Program-made: the position numbers and the translations under genes
Source: a virus
Direction: 5' to 3' (one strand)
Length of the DNA stretch: 64,000 bases
IMG/VR virus record: IMGVR_UViG_3300002026_000021
In this document: positions 43,819-52,949 of the stretch, one piece after another
How the letters are laid out: the number at the start of each line of letters is the position of its first letter
Numbering within the stretch: the first letter of the stretch is position 1
The notes under the pieces: generated by a model
The model's database searches: none
What the model saw: the letters and a program-made list of their open reading frames with translations, nothing else
What the model was told of the DNA's origin: nothing

Positions 43819-45867
43819 ATGCCATTTGAGTTTGGTTCACTAACAACACAGACAAAGAAAAAAGAGATAGGATTAAATAAAAAGAACCCAATACTCTTTA
43901 CTGATATTAAGAGTAATAAGATGGTTGTATTCTTATTTGATGGATTTTACCCACAATCATTATTAAATGCTTTTAAGATATGGATTAGAAAGAGTTTACC
44001 TAACCACTCGATACTAGGACTCTCTACTGTATTAGTAGATATTAAATCTGATGAGCTTACTCAGATTGTTGATTTCTACTCCCGCTTACATATAGATTTT
44101 AATACATATCTAAAAGAGTATGAGCAGTATGAAAAAGTTTATGTAACTTTAGGTAGAGCTATTTATGCTGTTACTGAATCTGATGACATTTCTATAGAAG
44201 ACTTTTATGATTTTATCTTCAATAAGACGTATTTCTACTCACCTAAGTTAAAAGCAAAAGTATTTCCTATCGACCATCCCACTAGTATGTTTAAGGATTC
44301 ATTACAATCTTGGATGCCAGCAGATAGAGCAAGAACACATTTTGCTGAGTTCCAATTCAAATGTATTAATAATAACTTTGACTTTTTAGTACAAGAAGCT
44401 AAAAAGGATGAACCTTATTATTTAACTTTCTTCAATACTAAAGAAGAAGTTAGTAATTTCTTTTTAGAGAATAAAGAATATAGTAGTATTACTGCATACG
44501 ACATTGAAACGGATTCCTTTGACTTTTATTTAGGGCATATAGGATGTATAACATTATCATTAGATGGTACTAATGGATATTATTTACCAATAGAATTAAT
44601 TGATATTAATCAGTTTGCTGACTTTATGATGAACAAAAAGATTATAGGTCAGAACCTAAAGTTCGATAATAAGTTCATAAGAAAACTATCTGGTAAATCC
44701 CTATATGTATATTCTGATACAATGGTATTAGCTCAAACCCTTTGTGAGTTTAGAAGGAATTCTTTAAAGTCATTAGCTTGGTACTATACTACATTAGGTG
44801 GATATGATTCTGAATTAGAGGAATTCAAAAAGAAGTTTAAGATAAAGACATACTTAGATATTCCTACTCCTATTTTAGCTAAGTATGCTTCTTTAGACCC
44901 TGTAGTAACATTTAGAGCCTATAGGGAAATGTCAGAACAATTAGAATCTATTGATAAGAAGTTTCCTCCTAAAGGTAATGGAAAAACTATTAAGTATTTC
45001 TATGAAGAAATTATGATGCCTTCCTATAGAGAGTTTATTGATATTGAATATGAGGGTATGTATGTTAATAAGGAAAACCATGAGAAGTTAACTCAACGGA
45101 TTTTAACTGATTTGGAAGTAACGAAAAAGTTTATATTAGAAACATTGCTCATTACTAATGAAGATTTTAATTTAGATTCATCCAAGCAATTAGGTATTCA
45201 TATTGAAAATGCTTTGAAATGGAAAAACTACGGTAGAAATAAAGCTGGGGAGTATTTAACAGGAGATGAACAAATTGTTCGTTGGGTTAAAGATGGTAAT
45301 AGTGGTGCTAAGGAATTACAAAAGTATAGGTCATTATCTACACTATTAAAAACCTTTATGGGTCATCCTGGGACTACAGAGGGATGGAGAGAGTATTTTA
45401 GGGAACACTCTGATGGGTCTACTCGTATTCATGCTAAGTTTGGAATAGGTGTAGCTGAATCAAAACGGAATACATGCCGTGACCCTAATTTACAACAGAT
45501 GCCAGCACACGGTACTTATGCTAAAGATTTTAAGAAGATTATGGATGTTCCTCCTACTGATAATAATGGTGATTATTTATTTGGTTCATTAGATTATGCT
45601 TCATTACAGATTAGATTATGTGCTATTGATTCTCAAGATAAAACATTATGTAATATATATAAGTCTGACCCTGACCCTGACTTACACTCAACTACAGGAT
45701 ATGATTTAATTAAAGCTTCTAATTATACGTTTATTCAGTTTGAAGACAAAGGAACTAAATATGAGTTATATGAATTACAACCAGTATTAGTACTAAGGAG
45801 AGGTGAAGAGTTAGAAGTATTAGCTAAGAATATACTAGACTCTGACGAGTTTATAAAGGTGGTATAA
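43819..45867 (+). CDS. family-A DNA polymerase, N-terminal part (3'-5' exonuclease domain plus motif A)
   Basis: AYDIETDS is Exo I (DxE); SLDYASLQIRL matches motif A (DYSQIELR); DLHSTTGYD matches DIHTxTA. The ORF stops before motif B; motifs B and C are found in ORF 2583-3431. Confidence 0.7.
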   Translation: MPFEFGSLTTQTKKKEIGLNKKNPILFTDIKSNKMVVFLFDGFYPQSLLNAFKIWIRKSLPNHSILGLSTVLVDIKSDELTQIVDFYSRLHIDFNTYLKEYEQYEKVYVTLGRAIYAVTESDDISIEDFYDFIFNKTYFYSPKLKAKVFPIDHPTSMFKDSLQSWMPADRARTHFAEFQFKCINNNFDFLVQEAKKDEPYYLTFFNTKEEVSNFFLENKEYSSITAYDIETDSFDFYLGHIGCITLSLDGTNGYYLPIELIDINQFADFMMNKKIIGQNLKFDNKFIRKLSGKSLYVYSDTMVLAQTLCEFRRNSLKSLAWYYTTLGGYDSELEEFKKKFKIKTYLDIPTPILAKYASLDPVVTFRAYREMSEQLESIDKKFPPKGNGKTIKYFYEEIMMPSYREFIDIEYEGMYVNKENHEKLTQRILTDLEVTKKFILETLLITNEDFNLDSSKQLGIHIENALKWKNYGRNKAGEYLTGDEQIVRWVKDGNSGAKELQKYRSLSTLLKTFMGHPGTTEGWREYFREHSDGSTRIHAKFGIGVAESKRNTCRDPNLQQMPAHGTYAKDFKKIMDVPPTDNNGDYLFGSLDYASLQIRLCAIDSQDKTLCNIYKSDPDPDLHSTTGYDLIKASNYTFIQFEDKGTKYELYELQPVLVLRRGEELEVLAKNILDSDEFIKVV

Positions 45868-45869
45868 AA

Positions 45870-46421
45870 ATGAAAGTATTAGTAGACATTGATGGGGTTC
45901 TTAATGAGTTTCAATCTCATGCTGTTAATTATATTGAAAGTTTAGGATATAAATATAATTATGCATATAATTCTCAGTATTTATTAGAAAATGGTATTCA
46001 AGACAGAAATTGTAAAAAGATATGGAAAGGAATCATGACTGATAAAAACTTCTGGTTAACTATTCCTAAGCAGAATAATGCCTATTTAGGATTAAAGTAT
46101 TTATCAGAAAAATATGATACTTATATTGCTACTGCTCCTTTTAATGATAGGAATAAATCTGTTAAGAAACAATGGATTAAAGAAAACTTCCCTTTTTTTG
46201 ATACGAAAAAGATTATCTTTAGTAAATCTAAATGGGAATTAGGAGGGGATGTTATTATTGAGGATAGACCAGAAACATTAAATGCTTGTAATGGGAATGG
46301 GTATATTACTATTAAGAGAGAACAACCTTATAACTTAAATACTCATGCTCATTATACTTTTTCTGAATGGGGTTCAATTATTAGTATTATGAATAAGATT
46401 GAAGGAGAGTTAAATGCGTAA
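45870..46421 (+). CDS. 5'(3')-deoxyribonucleotidase (HAD superfamily)
   Basis: N-terminal VDIDGVL is HAD motif I DxDG(V/T)L. Confidence 0.6.
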   Translation: MKVLVDIDGVLNEFQSHAVNYIESLGYKYNYAYNSQYLLENGIQDRNCKKIWKGIMTDKNFWLTIPKQNNAYLGLKYLSEKYDTYIATAPFNDRNKSVKKQWIKENFPFFDTKKIIFSKSKWELGGDVIIEDRPETLNACNGNGYITIKREQPYNLNTHAHYTFSEWGSIISIMNKIEGELNA

Positions 46422-46599
46422 CGTAATAAAGATATTAGGAGGATTAATATCCACATATATTTCTGTACAAATACTTATTTTAAGTATTACATACCCAAAT
46501 ACAATGTTCTTAATTATTTTTATTCCTAGTGTTTTATTTTATATTATTTTTAATATTATGTGGAAGAAATCGATTAATAGAATTAATAAGGAGTTATAA
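46414..46599 (+). CDS. small membrane protein (61 aa)
   Basis: Two hydrophobic helices. Confidence 0.4.
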   Translation: MRNVIKILGGLISTYISVQILILSITYPNTMFLIIFIPSVLFYIIFNIMWKKSINRINKEL

Positions 46600-47165
46600 T
46601 GGTTATTGCTTTAGCTGGATTACCTCGTGTGGGGAAGGATACATTTGCTAATTATTGTGTAAATACCTTTCCTAATGTAGTTACTTACTCATTTGCATTG
46701 CCTTTCAAAAAAGCATTATGTGAAATGTTTGGTTGGACTATGGAGGAGTTTGAAGACGATACAAAAGATTTAGTTGACTCAAAATATGGAATTTCTCCTA
46801 GAGAAGCTATGGAGTTTATTGGTAGTAAAGTAATGAGAGGTATTATTAGACTTCAATATCCTGAGTTTAATAAACGTATTGGAGAAAGTATCTGGACAAA
46901 TAGAGCAGAAGATTTTATTAAAGCTAATGAACACAAAACAGTAATTATTACTGATTTACGATTCTTAGTAGAGTATGAGATGTTAGTAAGGAATAAGGCT
47001 ACTTTAGTTGAAGTAAAACGTAGTAACTTCTTATTACCAGACATTTTAAGATGTTATGATATTCCTAAGATGAAATTTGATTTAACTATTGATAATGATG
47101 AAGAATGTGAAATAGAGCATTATACTGATAAAGTTCATGAATTAGTAGCTAAATTAATCTATTAG
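46599..47165 (+). CDS. deoxynucleoside monophosphate kinase (P-loop)
   Basis: N-terminal ALAGLPRVGKDT is a Walker A motif; resembles T4 gp1 dNMP kinase. Confidence 0.6.
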   Translation: MVIALAGLPRVGKDTFANYCVNTFPNVVTYSFALPFKKALCEMFGWTMEEFEDDTKDLVDSKYGISPREAMEFIGSKVMRGIIRLQYPEFNKRIGESIWTNRAEDFIKANEHKTVIITDLRFLVEYEMLVRNKATLVEVKRSNFLLPDILRCYDIPKMKFDLTIDNDEECEIEHYTDKVHELVAKLIY

Positions 47166-47168
47166 CTA

Positions 47169-47197
47169 TTGACATTATTAGATTTAAGTAGTATAAT
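47169..47197 (+). promoter_or_regulatory. sigma70 consensus promoter TTGACA-N17-TATAAT
   Basis: TTGACATTATTAGATTTAAGTAGTATAAT. Confidence 0.6.
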
Positions 47198-47203
47198 AAG
47201 ATT

Positions 47204-47692
47204 ATGAAGATAGAAAAGGCACAGGATGTTCGTAATTACTATAAATACTACGAACAGCATAATAATGAAGTTTTACTCATTCTATCTTTAGATAAGGATA
47301 TGAATGTAATTCAAAGAAACCTCATTAACGAGGGTACTGAGGATTTCGTTAAGTTAGATTCTAAGTATACTGAGGAAATCCTTACTAAGAACAATGCTTA
47401 TTACTTTATTCTAATGCATAATCATCCTTACAAAGATGTCCATTGCGTTGGACCCTCCTTTAAGGACAACATTGTTACTTGTGCTTATAATCATTTCTTT
47501 AAGCAGAAAGGGTTTATAATGCTAGACCATATTATTTTTAATAGTGAGAGTTTCTTCTCTTATTATAATAATGACTTTCTAAAGGAGTATACTAAGTTTA
47601 CTGAAAATGGATACAGAGAATTAGATAAGTATAATGATGGCCTTTCTGAACATCACGTAGATGATGTTCATTACTATTATCAAGGAGTTTAA
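47204..47692 (+). CDS. hypothetical protein (162 aa)
   Basis: ORF in track. Confidence 0.5.
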   Translation: MKIEKAQDVRNYYKYYEQHNNEVLLILSLDKDMNVIQRNLINEGTEDFVKLDSKYTEEILTKNNAYYFILMHNHPYKDVHCVGPSFKDNIVTCAYNHFFKQKGFIMLDHIIFNSESFFSYYNNDFLKEYTKFTENGYRELDKYNDGLSEHHVDDVHYYYQGV

Positions 47693-48095
47693 TATGAAAC
47701 TGAAACTGGCTAACCCTTTTAAGTACACTACTTTTCTTCAAGCTCTGCTTTACTGCTTCGCTGTAGCAGTTATTCTTTCTTCAATTCCTCTTTTTATTAT
47801 TAAAAGTGATTTGGATATTCTTTTTAAAATCTTTACCGGAATGACCTTACTCTCAGCAATCTTCACTGTTCTTACCATTTCCCTAAAGATTCAGTATAAC
47901 ATCTGTACTGGAAACTATATTCAAAAACATGTATATAGTCAAAATGATATTGCAGATGAAACCGAAGGTGATGATGAATGTTGTAGTGATTTTGGTGATG
48001 AGGAATATGATGATGAAGAAGAATTTGAGGATGACCCTGAAGAGCTTGGTGATTGTTCAGAATGTGAGGATTTAGATTGTCCTGATAGGAAGTAA
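47661..48095 (+). CDS. membrane protein with a highly acidic Cys-containing C-terminal tail (144 aa)
   Basis: Two TM helices, then DEEEFEDDPEELGDCSECEDLDCPDRK. Confidence 0.5.
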   Translation: MMFITIIKEFNMKLKLANPFKYTTFLQALLYCFAVAVILSSIPLFIIKSDLDILFKIFTGMTLLSAIFTVLTISLKIQYNICTGNYIQKHVYSQNDIADETEGDDECCSDFGDEEYDDEEEFEDDPEELGDCSECEDLDCPDRK

Positions 48096-48106
48096 GGAGG
48101 AGTAAT

Positions 48107-48349
48107 ATGGTGTATATTAAAGGTCGTGTTAACAAAATTACTCAGTCATTAAAAAAGATTTTTGATACAGACCGACTCTATTTAGATAATAGGATTGATT
48201 CTACTGATATGCATGAAGCTGATGAAATGTTAATATGGAATATAAACCATACTATTTTAGATGTTAAAGACCAAATTGTTGCTGAGTTAAAGAGGCAAAA
48301 TGTAGACCCTATTCTTATTAATGATATAATTAAATTAAGAATAAAATAG
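48107..48349 (+). CDS. hypothetical protein (80 aa)
   Basis: Strong SD AGGAGG. Confidence 0.5.
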   Translation: MVYIKGRVNKITQSLKKIFDTDRLYLDNRIDSTDMHEADEMLIWNINHTILDVKDQIVAELKRQNVDPILINDIIKLRIK

Positions 48350-48358
48350 GAGGTATGT

Positions 48359-48589
48359 ATGATTTGTCCTATATGCCAAAATGAAATGGGTACAGGAGAT
48401 ACTGGTTCTATTTGTACTAGTTGTAAGAATAAGATGGATTCAGTTAAGGAATCCTATAATAACATGCAACCATATTACCAGTATGGATGGGTATGTCCTA
48501 AGTGTGGTTCTGTGTATAGTCCATCAACTTCATCATGTTATAAGTGTGGACCACAAATTAAGTTTGAAATAACTTCAAATACCCATTGA
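48359..48589 (+). CDS. Zn-ribbon protein (76 aa)
   Basis: CPICQ...CTSCKN...CPKCG...CYKCG. Confidence 0.5.
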   Translation: MICPICQNEMGTGDTGSICTSCKNKMDSVKESYNNMQPYYQYGWVCPKCGSVYSPSTSSCYKCGPQIKFEITSNTH

Positions 48590-48614
48590 CAAAAGTTTAA
48601 TTATGTAGTATTAT
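48586..48614 (+). promoter_or_regulatory. sigma70-type promoter TTGACA-N17-TATTAT
   Basis: TTGACAAAAGTTTAATTATGTAGTATTAT. Confidence 0.55.
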
Positions 48615-48669
48615 TAAGGAGTAGGGTAGTTAAATACCTTACTCCTAACTTTTACTAAGGAGTCCATAA

Positions 48670-49320
48670 ATGGATAACGCTATTCTTAATAAGATTAAAA
48701 GGCTTTTGGCCTTGTCCTACTCCTCTAATGTGAATGAAGCTTCTGTAGCTTTGAGCAAGGCCCACGAGCTTCTGAAGATGCACAACCTTTCTATGAACGA
48801 CATTGCTCAGGACAATCCCTATTCCATCTTAGAGGAAGGTTATCTTACTGGTGAGCGTATTCCCCTTTGGAAGACCTTACTTATTGTAGAAGTTTGCAAT
48901 GCTAATTACTGCACTTGCTTGAAAGAGCAGAAAGCAGATAACTTTGTTATGAAAATTGTTGGTAAAGATATCAACATCTTAGCTACTCGCATCATGCTTG
49001 ACTATCTGATGCAGACCATTGACAGGCTTGCTCATAAGTTTGCCGCTAGGGACCGCAAGTCTTACAAAACTGGTGTTGTTAATGCTCTTTCTGCCAGACT
49101 TCGTTTGATGAATCTAACTGAGGCTACTGAGTGCAAAGCTTTAGTAGTTCAGGAAAAGGCTACTGTAGATAAATACTTAGAGAGCAAGAAGAATGTTACT
49201 ACTGCTTTAGTTAGGGCAACGGCTTCTGGTACGGCTTTCTACACTGGTATGAGGGATGGTAATGGGATTTCCTTGAACCAGCAAGTTTCTGTAAATAAAA
49301 CTAATCAGGTTAGGGGGTAA
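48670..49320 (+). CDS. DUF2786-like phage protein (216 aa), GC-elevated
   Basis: N-terminal KIKRLLALSYSSNVNEASVALSKAHELLKMHNL resembles the DUF2786 signature; ~42% GC. Confidence 0.5.
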   Translation: MDNAILNKIKRLLALSYSSNVNEASVALSKAHELLKMHNLSMNDIAQDNPYSILEEGYLTGERIPLWKTLLIVEVCNANYCTCLKEQKADNFVMKIVGKDINILATRIMLDYLMQTIDRLAHKFAARDRKSYKTGVVNALSARLRLMNLTEATECKALVVQEKATVDKYLESKKNVTTALVRATASGTAFYTGMRDGNGISLNQQVSVNKTNQVRG

Positions 49321-49323
49321 ATA

Positions 49324-49560
49324 ATGTTGACTATTAAAGTAACTACTATCAATAATGTTTACCATTCCCGTTTGATATCTGATGGAAAAGTTATTGATGA
49401 AATGTCTTGTGAAAATAAATCTGACATTGGTTGGATTTGTAGGGAGATGCTTCGCTGGTACTCTAAGATGGGAGGCACCGACCCTTGGGCTACGAGTGCT
49501 AGGAATAAACAAACTGGTCCTAGACCCATTGGAGTCAAATATATAATGAGGAGTGAATAA
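49324..49560 (+). CDS. hypothetical protein (78 aa)
   Basis: ORF in track. Confidence 0.45.
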   Translation: MLTIKVTTINNVYHSRLISDGKVIDEMSCENKSDIGWICREMLRWYSKMGGTDPWATSARNKQTGPRPIGVKYIMRSE

Positions 49561-49778
49561 TGCGTGAACTTTTAATTGAACGTATTAGACAACTAAGGCT
49601 AAAACATGATGGTTTCAGTCCTAATAATCTACAATGGAAGTATTTCTATTTTTCAGTTAGTCAATTCGATTATCAGAGAGTTCATATTAGTGATATTTCT
49701 GCTTATACTGAAACCTTAACTGATGAAGAATTACTAGAACTCTTTGAAGTCATTATTCTAGGGATGGTGAAACTATGA
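49560..49778 (+). CDS. hypothetical protein (72 aa)
   Basis: ORF in track. Confidence 0.45.
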   Translation: MRELLIERIRQLRLKHDGFSPNNLQWKYFYFSVSQFDYQRVHISDISAYTETLTDEELLELFEVIILGMVKL

Positions 49779-49993
49779 AAGGGACATGCGAAACTTGCAG
49801 ACATGATTATAAAACTTGTTCAGAAAAGAAAGAGTGCTATGAAACTAGCGGTTCTTTATGGAAACCTATTTTAGTAAAGGATAAAGATGGTGACAAAAAA
49901 GATTTTGAACAATGGTGGAATAATTGTGAAGGATACACTTCTATCAAAGAATTAGCAAATGCCGCTTGGTTGGCTTCAAGGGGTTTAAAATGA
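49775..49993 (+). CDS. hypothetical protein (72 aa)
   Basis: ORF in track. Confidence 0.45.
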   Translation: MKGTCETCRHDYKTCSEKKECYETSGSLWKPILVKDKDGDKKDFEQWWNNCEGYTSIKELANAAWLASRGLK

Positions 49994-50181
49994 CACTACG
50001 TCAATTCATTAAGCAATATGGTTCTTACAAGAATGAACTTCTTGATAAGGAAGTTGTTGTTGAATGTCCTAATGGTTTATTGGTAGAACCTACTATTAAA
50101 TTAAATAGGAAAGACCACTACGCTTCACAGTTTAATCATCCTGACAATATCGAGAACTTAGTAATTACATGGGAGCATTAA
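49966..50181 (+). CDS. hypothetical protein (71 aa)
   Basis: ORF in track. Confidence 0.45.
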   Translation: MVGFKGFKMTLRQFIKQYGSYKNELLDKEVVVECPNGLLVEPTIKLNRKDHYASQFNHPDNIENLVITWEH

Positions 50182-50182
50182 A

Positions 50183-50572
50183 ATGATTGACAAAACTTCA
50201 GACGCTTATAAACTAGAATGCTATCAACAAGCTTTACAGTATATTATTGATACAGGTTTTGATTACGACGGTAGATTATATATGCAGTCATTAAAAGAAC
50301 TTATTGATGAACTTGTTCATACTGCTAGGTCAGGACTAAAATTAGAATTACCTCAGTACATTGGTAAAAATAATTTAGTATATGTCTATTATCAAGGTAA
50401 AAGTATTGAAGTTCCTGAAAAAGAATATTCTGAGGAAGTAAAGAATTTTCTTAAAGTAATGGAACAAATTAAGGAAAATAAGACTAATAAGTTATTTGAT
50501 AAAGCTATTGAAGAAGCAAAAAATATGACAGTAGATGAATATAACAAACTATATGAAGGAGCATCACTATAA
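50183..50572 (+). CDS. hypothetical protein (129 aa)
   Basis: ORF in track. Confidence 0.5.
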   Translation: MIDKTSDAYKLECYQQALQYIIDTGFDYDGRLYMQSLKELIDELVHTARSGLKLELPQYIGKNNLVYVYYQGKSIEVPEKEYSEEVKNFLKVMEQIKENKTNKLFDKAIEEAKNMTVDEYNKLYEGASL

Positions 50573-50808
50573 TGAAACGATTTAGAATAATTCAATTGCC
50601 GCATACTAGGTTTCTTGCAGGGATTGGTTTTTTTGATTATATAGTTCAATTTCCTTTTTTATGGTTTTGGTTTGATGCTGTTTATCTATCCAGCTATGAT
50701 GAGGTAGAAAAGTATATTAAAAAGCAAAATTCTTTAAAAAAAAGAAAAAAAGTAATATATGACTCAACACATAAATCTGATAAGGAGTTTTTACTTGATT
50801 TATATTAA
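50572..50808 (+). CDS. hypothetical protein (78 aa)
   Basis: ORF in track. Confidence 0.4.
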   Translation: MKRFRIIQLPHTRFLAGIGFFDYIVQFPFLWFWFDAVYLSSYDEVEKYIKKQNSLKKRKKVIYDSTHKSDKEFLLDLY

Positions 50809-51499
50809 AGGCGATTTACATGGTGAAATCGATATGAGGGATTTAGGTTCAACATTTTTCCTTGAAGGTAGAACATTAACTAAGAATGATTATGTTATTA
50901 TTTTAGGTGACTTTGGCGCTGGTTTTGATATACTTGAGTGTTTATCTTGGTTAAAAATACAACCTTGGACTACTCTATTTATTAGAGGGAACCATGATAA
51001 CCCTGAATATTTATATTCATTACCAGAAGTTAAAATGTTTAATTCTACTGTATCCTTATTATCTAAAGACGTTTATTGGCTTCATGACGCTGAAGTGTAT
51101 GAAATAGAAGGAAAGAAGTTTTTTACTTTTGGTGGAGCTTTGTCTACTGATAAAGAATATAGAAAAATGGGTTTAGATTGGTGGCCTTTAGAAATACCTA
51201 CTTACTCTCAATTCAATTTAGCTCAAGAAAATCTTGATAAGGTTAATTGGACCGTTGATTATGTTTTGACCCATACTTGTCCTACAAATATAATTAAAGA
51301 GATTTATGAGAAATATATGATACCAGAGATAATTAGTAGAGAGCCTAGATATAATGACCCTACTACTAAGATGTTGGATTCTTTTCAAGGTAGGTTAACA
51401 TTCTCAAAGTGGCTTTTTGGTCATATGCACGAGGATATGTATTTAGGGGTTGACAAAAACTATATTGCATGTTATCATAGAGTTAATAGGGTGGTATAA
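50759..51499 (+). CDS. calcineurin-like metallophosphoesterase (second copy in the window)
   Basis: ILGDFGAG, RGNHDN and FGHMH motifs. Confidence 0.6.
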   Translation: MTQHINLIRSFYLIYIKGDLHGEIDMRDLGSTFFLEGRTLTKNDYVIILGDFGAGFDILECLSWLKIQPWTTLFIRGNHDNPEYLYSLPEVKMFNSTVSLLSKDVYWLHDAEVYEIEGKKFFTFGGALSTDKEYRKMGLDWWPLEIPTYSQFNLAQENLDKVNWTVDYVLTHTCPTNIIKEIYEKYMIPEIISREPRYNDPTTKMLDSFQGRLTFSKWLFGHMHEDMYLGVDKNYIACYHRVNRVV

Positions 51500-51659
51500 A
51501 AATGTATTTGACTAAAGAACAGATGGAAAAACTTACTACCAAAAGGTTATTAGCTTATAAGAGGAAATACTTATACGCACTTACAGTAGAAAATAAAGAA
51601 GCCCATGATATGATTGTAAGTATTCTAAATACTAGAGAACATGTAGAAAGGAAATAAAT

Positions 51660-52301
51660 ATGCTAATCATTGATAAGAATAAAGACTACTACGACTATCT
51701 CACAAAGGTATATGGTGTTGACACTCAAATAGTTTACGATAGAAGAGGGTCTAAGATTCTTACTAATGAAGTTCTTTATGATAAGGCCACATTCAATACT
51801 TATGATTATTATTCTAGCATGAATATTCATTTTATTTTAGAGGTAGGATTAACTCAATACTTGTTTGAATTAAGTGACTACAAAAAAGTCCCAACGAATC
51901 CTATATTTTATTCTTCAGATAAATACATAGCAGAAACTATTAAACTACTTCATATCTTTAGGGAGAATAAGCATTTTCTAACTAAAGAAATATCTTTAGT
52001 TCCTGTAAATATTGCTTATCATTACTCTTGGAAGCAACATAAAGATATTATTAATTCCTTTACCTATTTTAAGGAAAGTATAAATAAAATTTATTTAGAT
52101 AAGATAATTGAAAATCCTATTCTTACTAATACCAAGATTCCTTCTTTTGTTCCTGAGTTAGATATATGGAAGGAATTGAATAATTACATTGGGTCTACTA
52201 AGAATGATAAGGATATTAATATTAAACTGACTGATATAGATAGGGCTATTAATCATGGTTTTGATAAGAAGACATCTTTCAGAAATCCAATTAAATGGTA
52301 A
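51660..52301 (+). CDS. hypothetical protein (213 aa)
   Basis: ORF in track. Confidence 0.5.
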   Translation: MLIIDKNKDYYDYLTKVYGVDTQIVYDRRGSKILTNEVLYDKATFNTYDYYSSMNIHFILEVGLTQYLFELSDYKKVPTNPIFYSSDKYIAETIKLLHIFRENKHFLTKEISLVPVNIAYHYSWKQHKDIINSFTYFKESINKIYLDKIIENPILTNTKIPSFVPELDIWKELNNYIGSTKNDKDINIKLTDIDRAINHGFDKKTSFRNPIKW

Positions 52302-52310
52302 GGATAGAAT

Positions 52311-52949
52311 ATGAAAAAGAAACAATTTCAGCTTAGACCAACTAATGCTATGGAATCCGCAATAATGCAAGAATTCCTTTTTAAGATGGGATATACTTGG
52401 GCTTTCAACGGACAGACTATAGTAAACATGAAACCAACTCCTAAATCTCTATTTGCTCATAGTGATGGAAGTATTTGTTACAGTGACGCTATAATTCCAT
52501 CGGAAGATGTTGATTATCCTCTTATGTCTTATTGGGAACTTTTGGGATTACATAAAGTTACAAGTTCTAATAAAATAGATTTAGCAACTTTTGATGACCC
52601 TAAGCAGTTTAAGACAATTCCGTTCATCGTGGATAGAATCAATGAAATGGATAAGCATCAAGCGGAAAGGTTACTAAGATTTTTTCAGAAGTTCAATAAA
52701 GTATACCTACAATTAGAGGAGATGCTTTATCATAATTCTTTACAAAAGGTTAGAAAGTTAATAAATAAGGATGATGAGAAACCTCAATTTAATGTTCAGT
52801 ACTTTTTGGAAATAATTGGTAGGGATTATAATAATAAGTTTGATAAGCTTTCTGAAGATTATGACGAAAAATTGATTTCATATTCTCGTAATTATATTCA
52901 AACGAAGTTGAAGAAGTTAAGGAAAAACATTAAAGGAGTTAAACTATGA
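52311..52949 (+). CDS. hypothetical protein (212 aa)
   Basis: ORF in track. Confidence 0.5.
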   Translation: MKKKQFQLRPTNAMESAIMQEFLFKMGYTWAFNGQTIVNMKPTPKSLFAHSDGSICYSDAIIPSEDVDYPLMSYWELLGLHKVTSSNKIDLATFDDPKQFKTIPFIVDRINEMDKHQAERLLRFFQKFNKVYLQLEEMLYHNSLQKVRKLINKDDEKPQFNVQYFLEIIGRDYNNKFDKLSEDYDEKLISYSRNYIQTKLKKLRKNIKGVKL

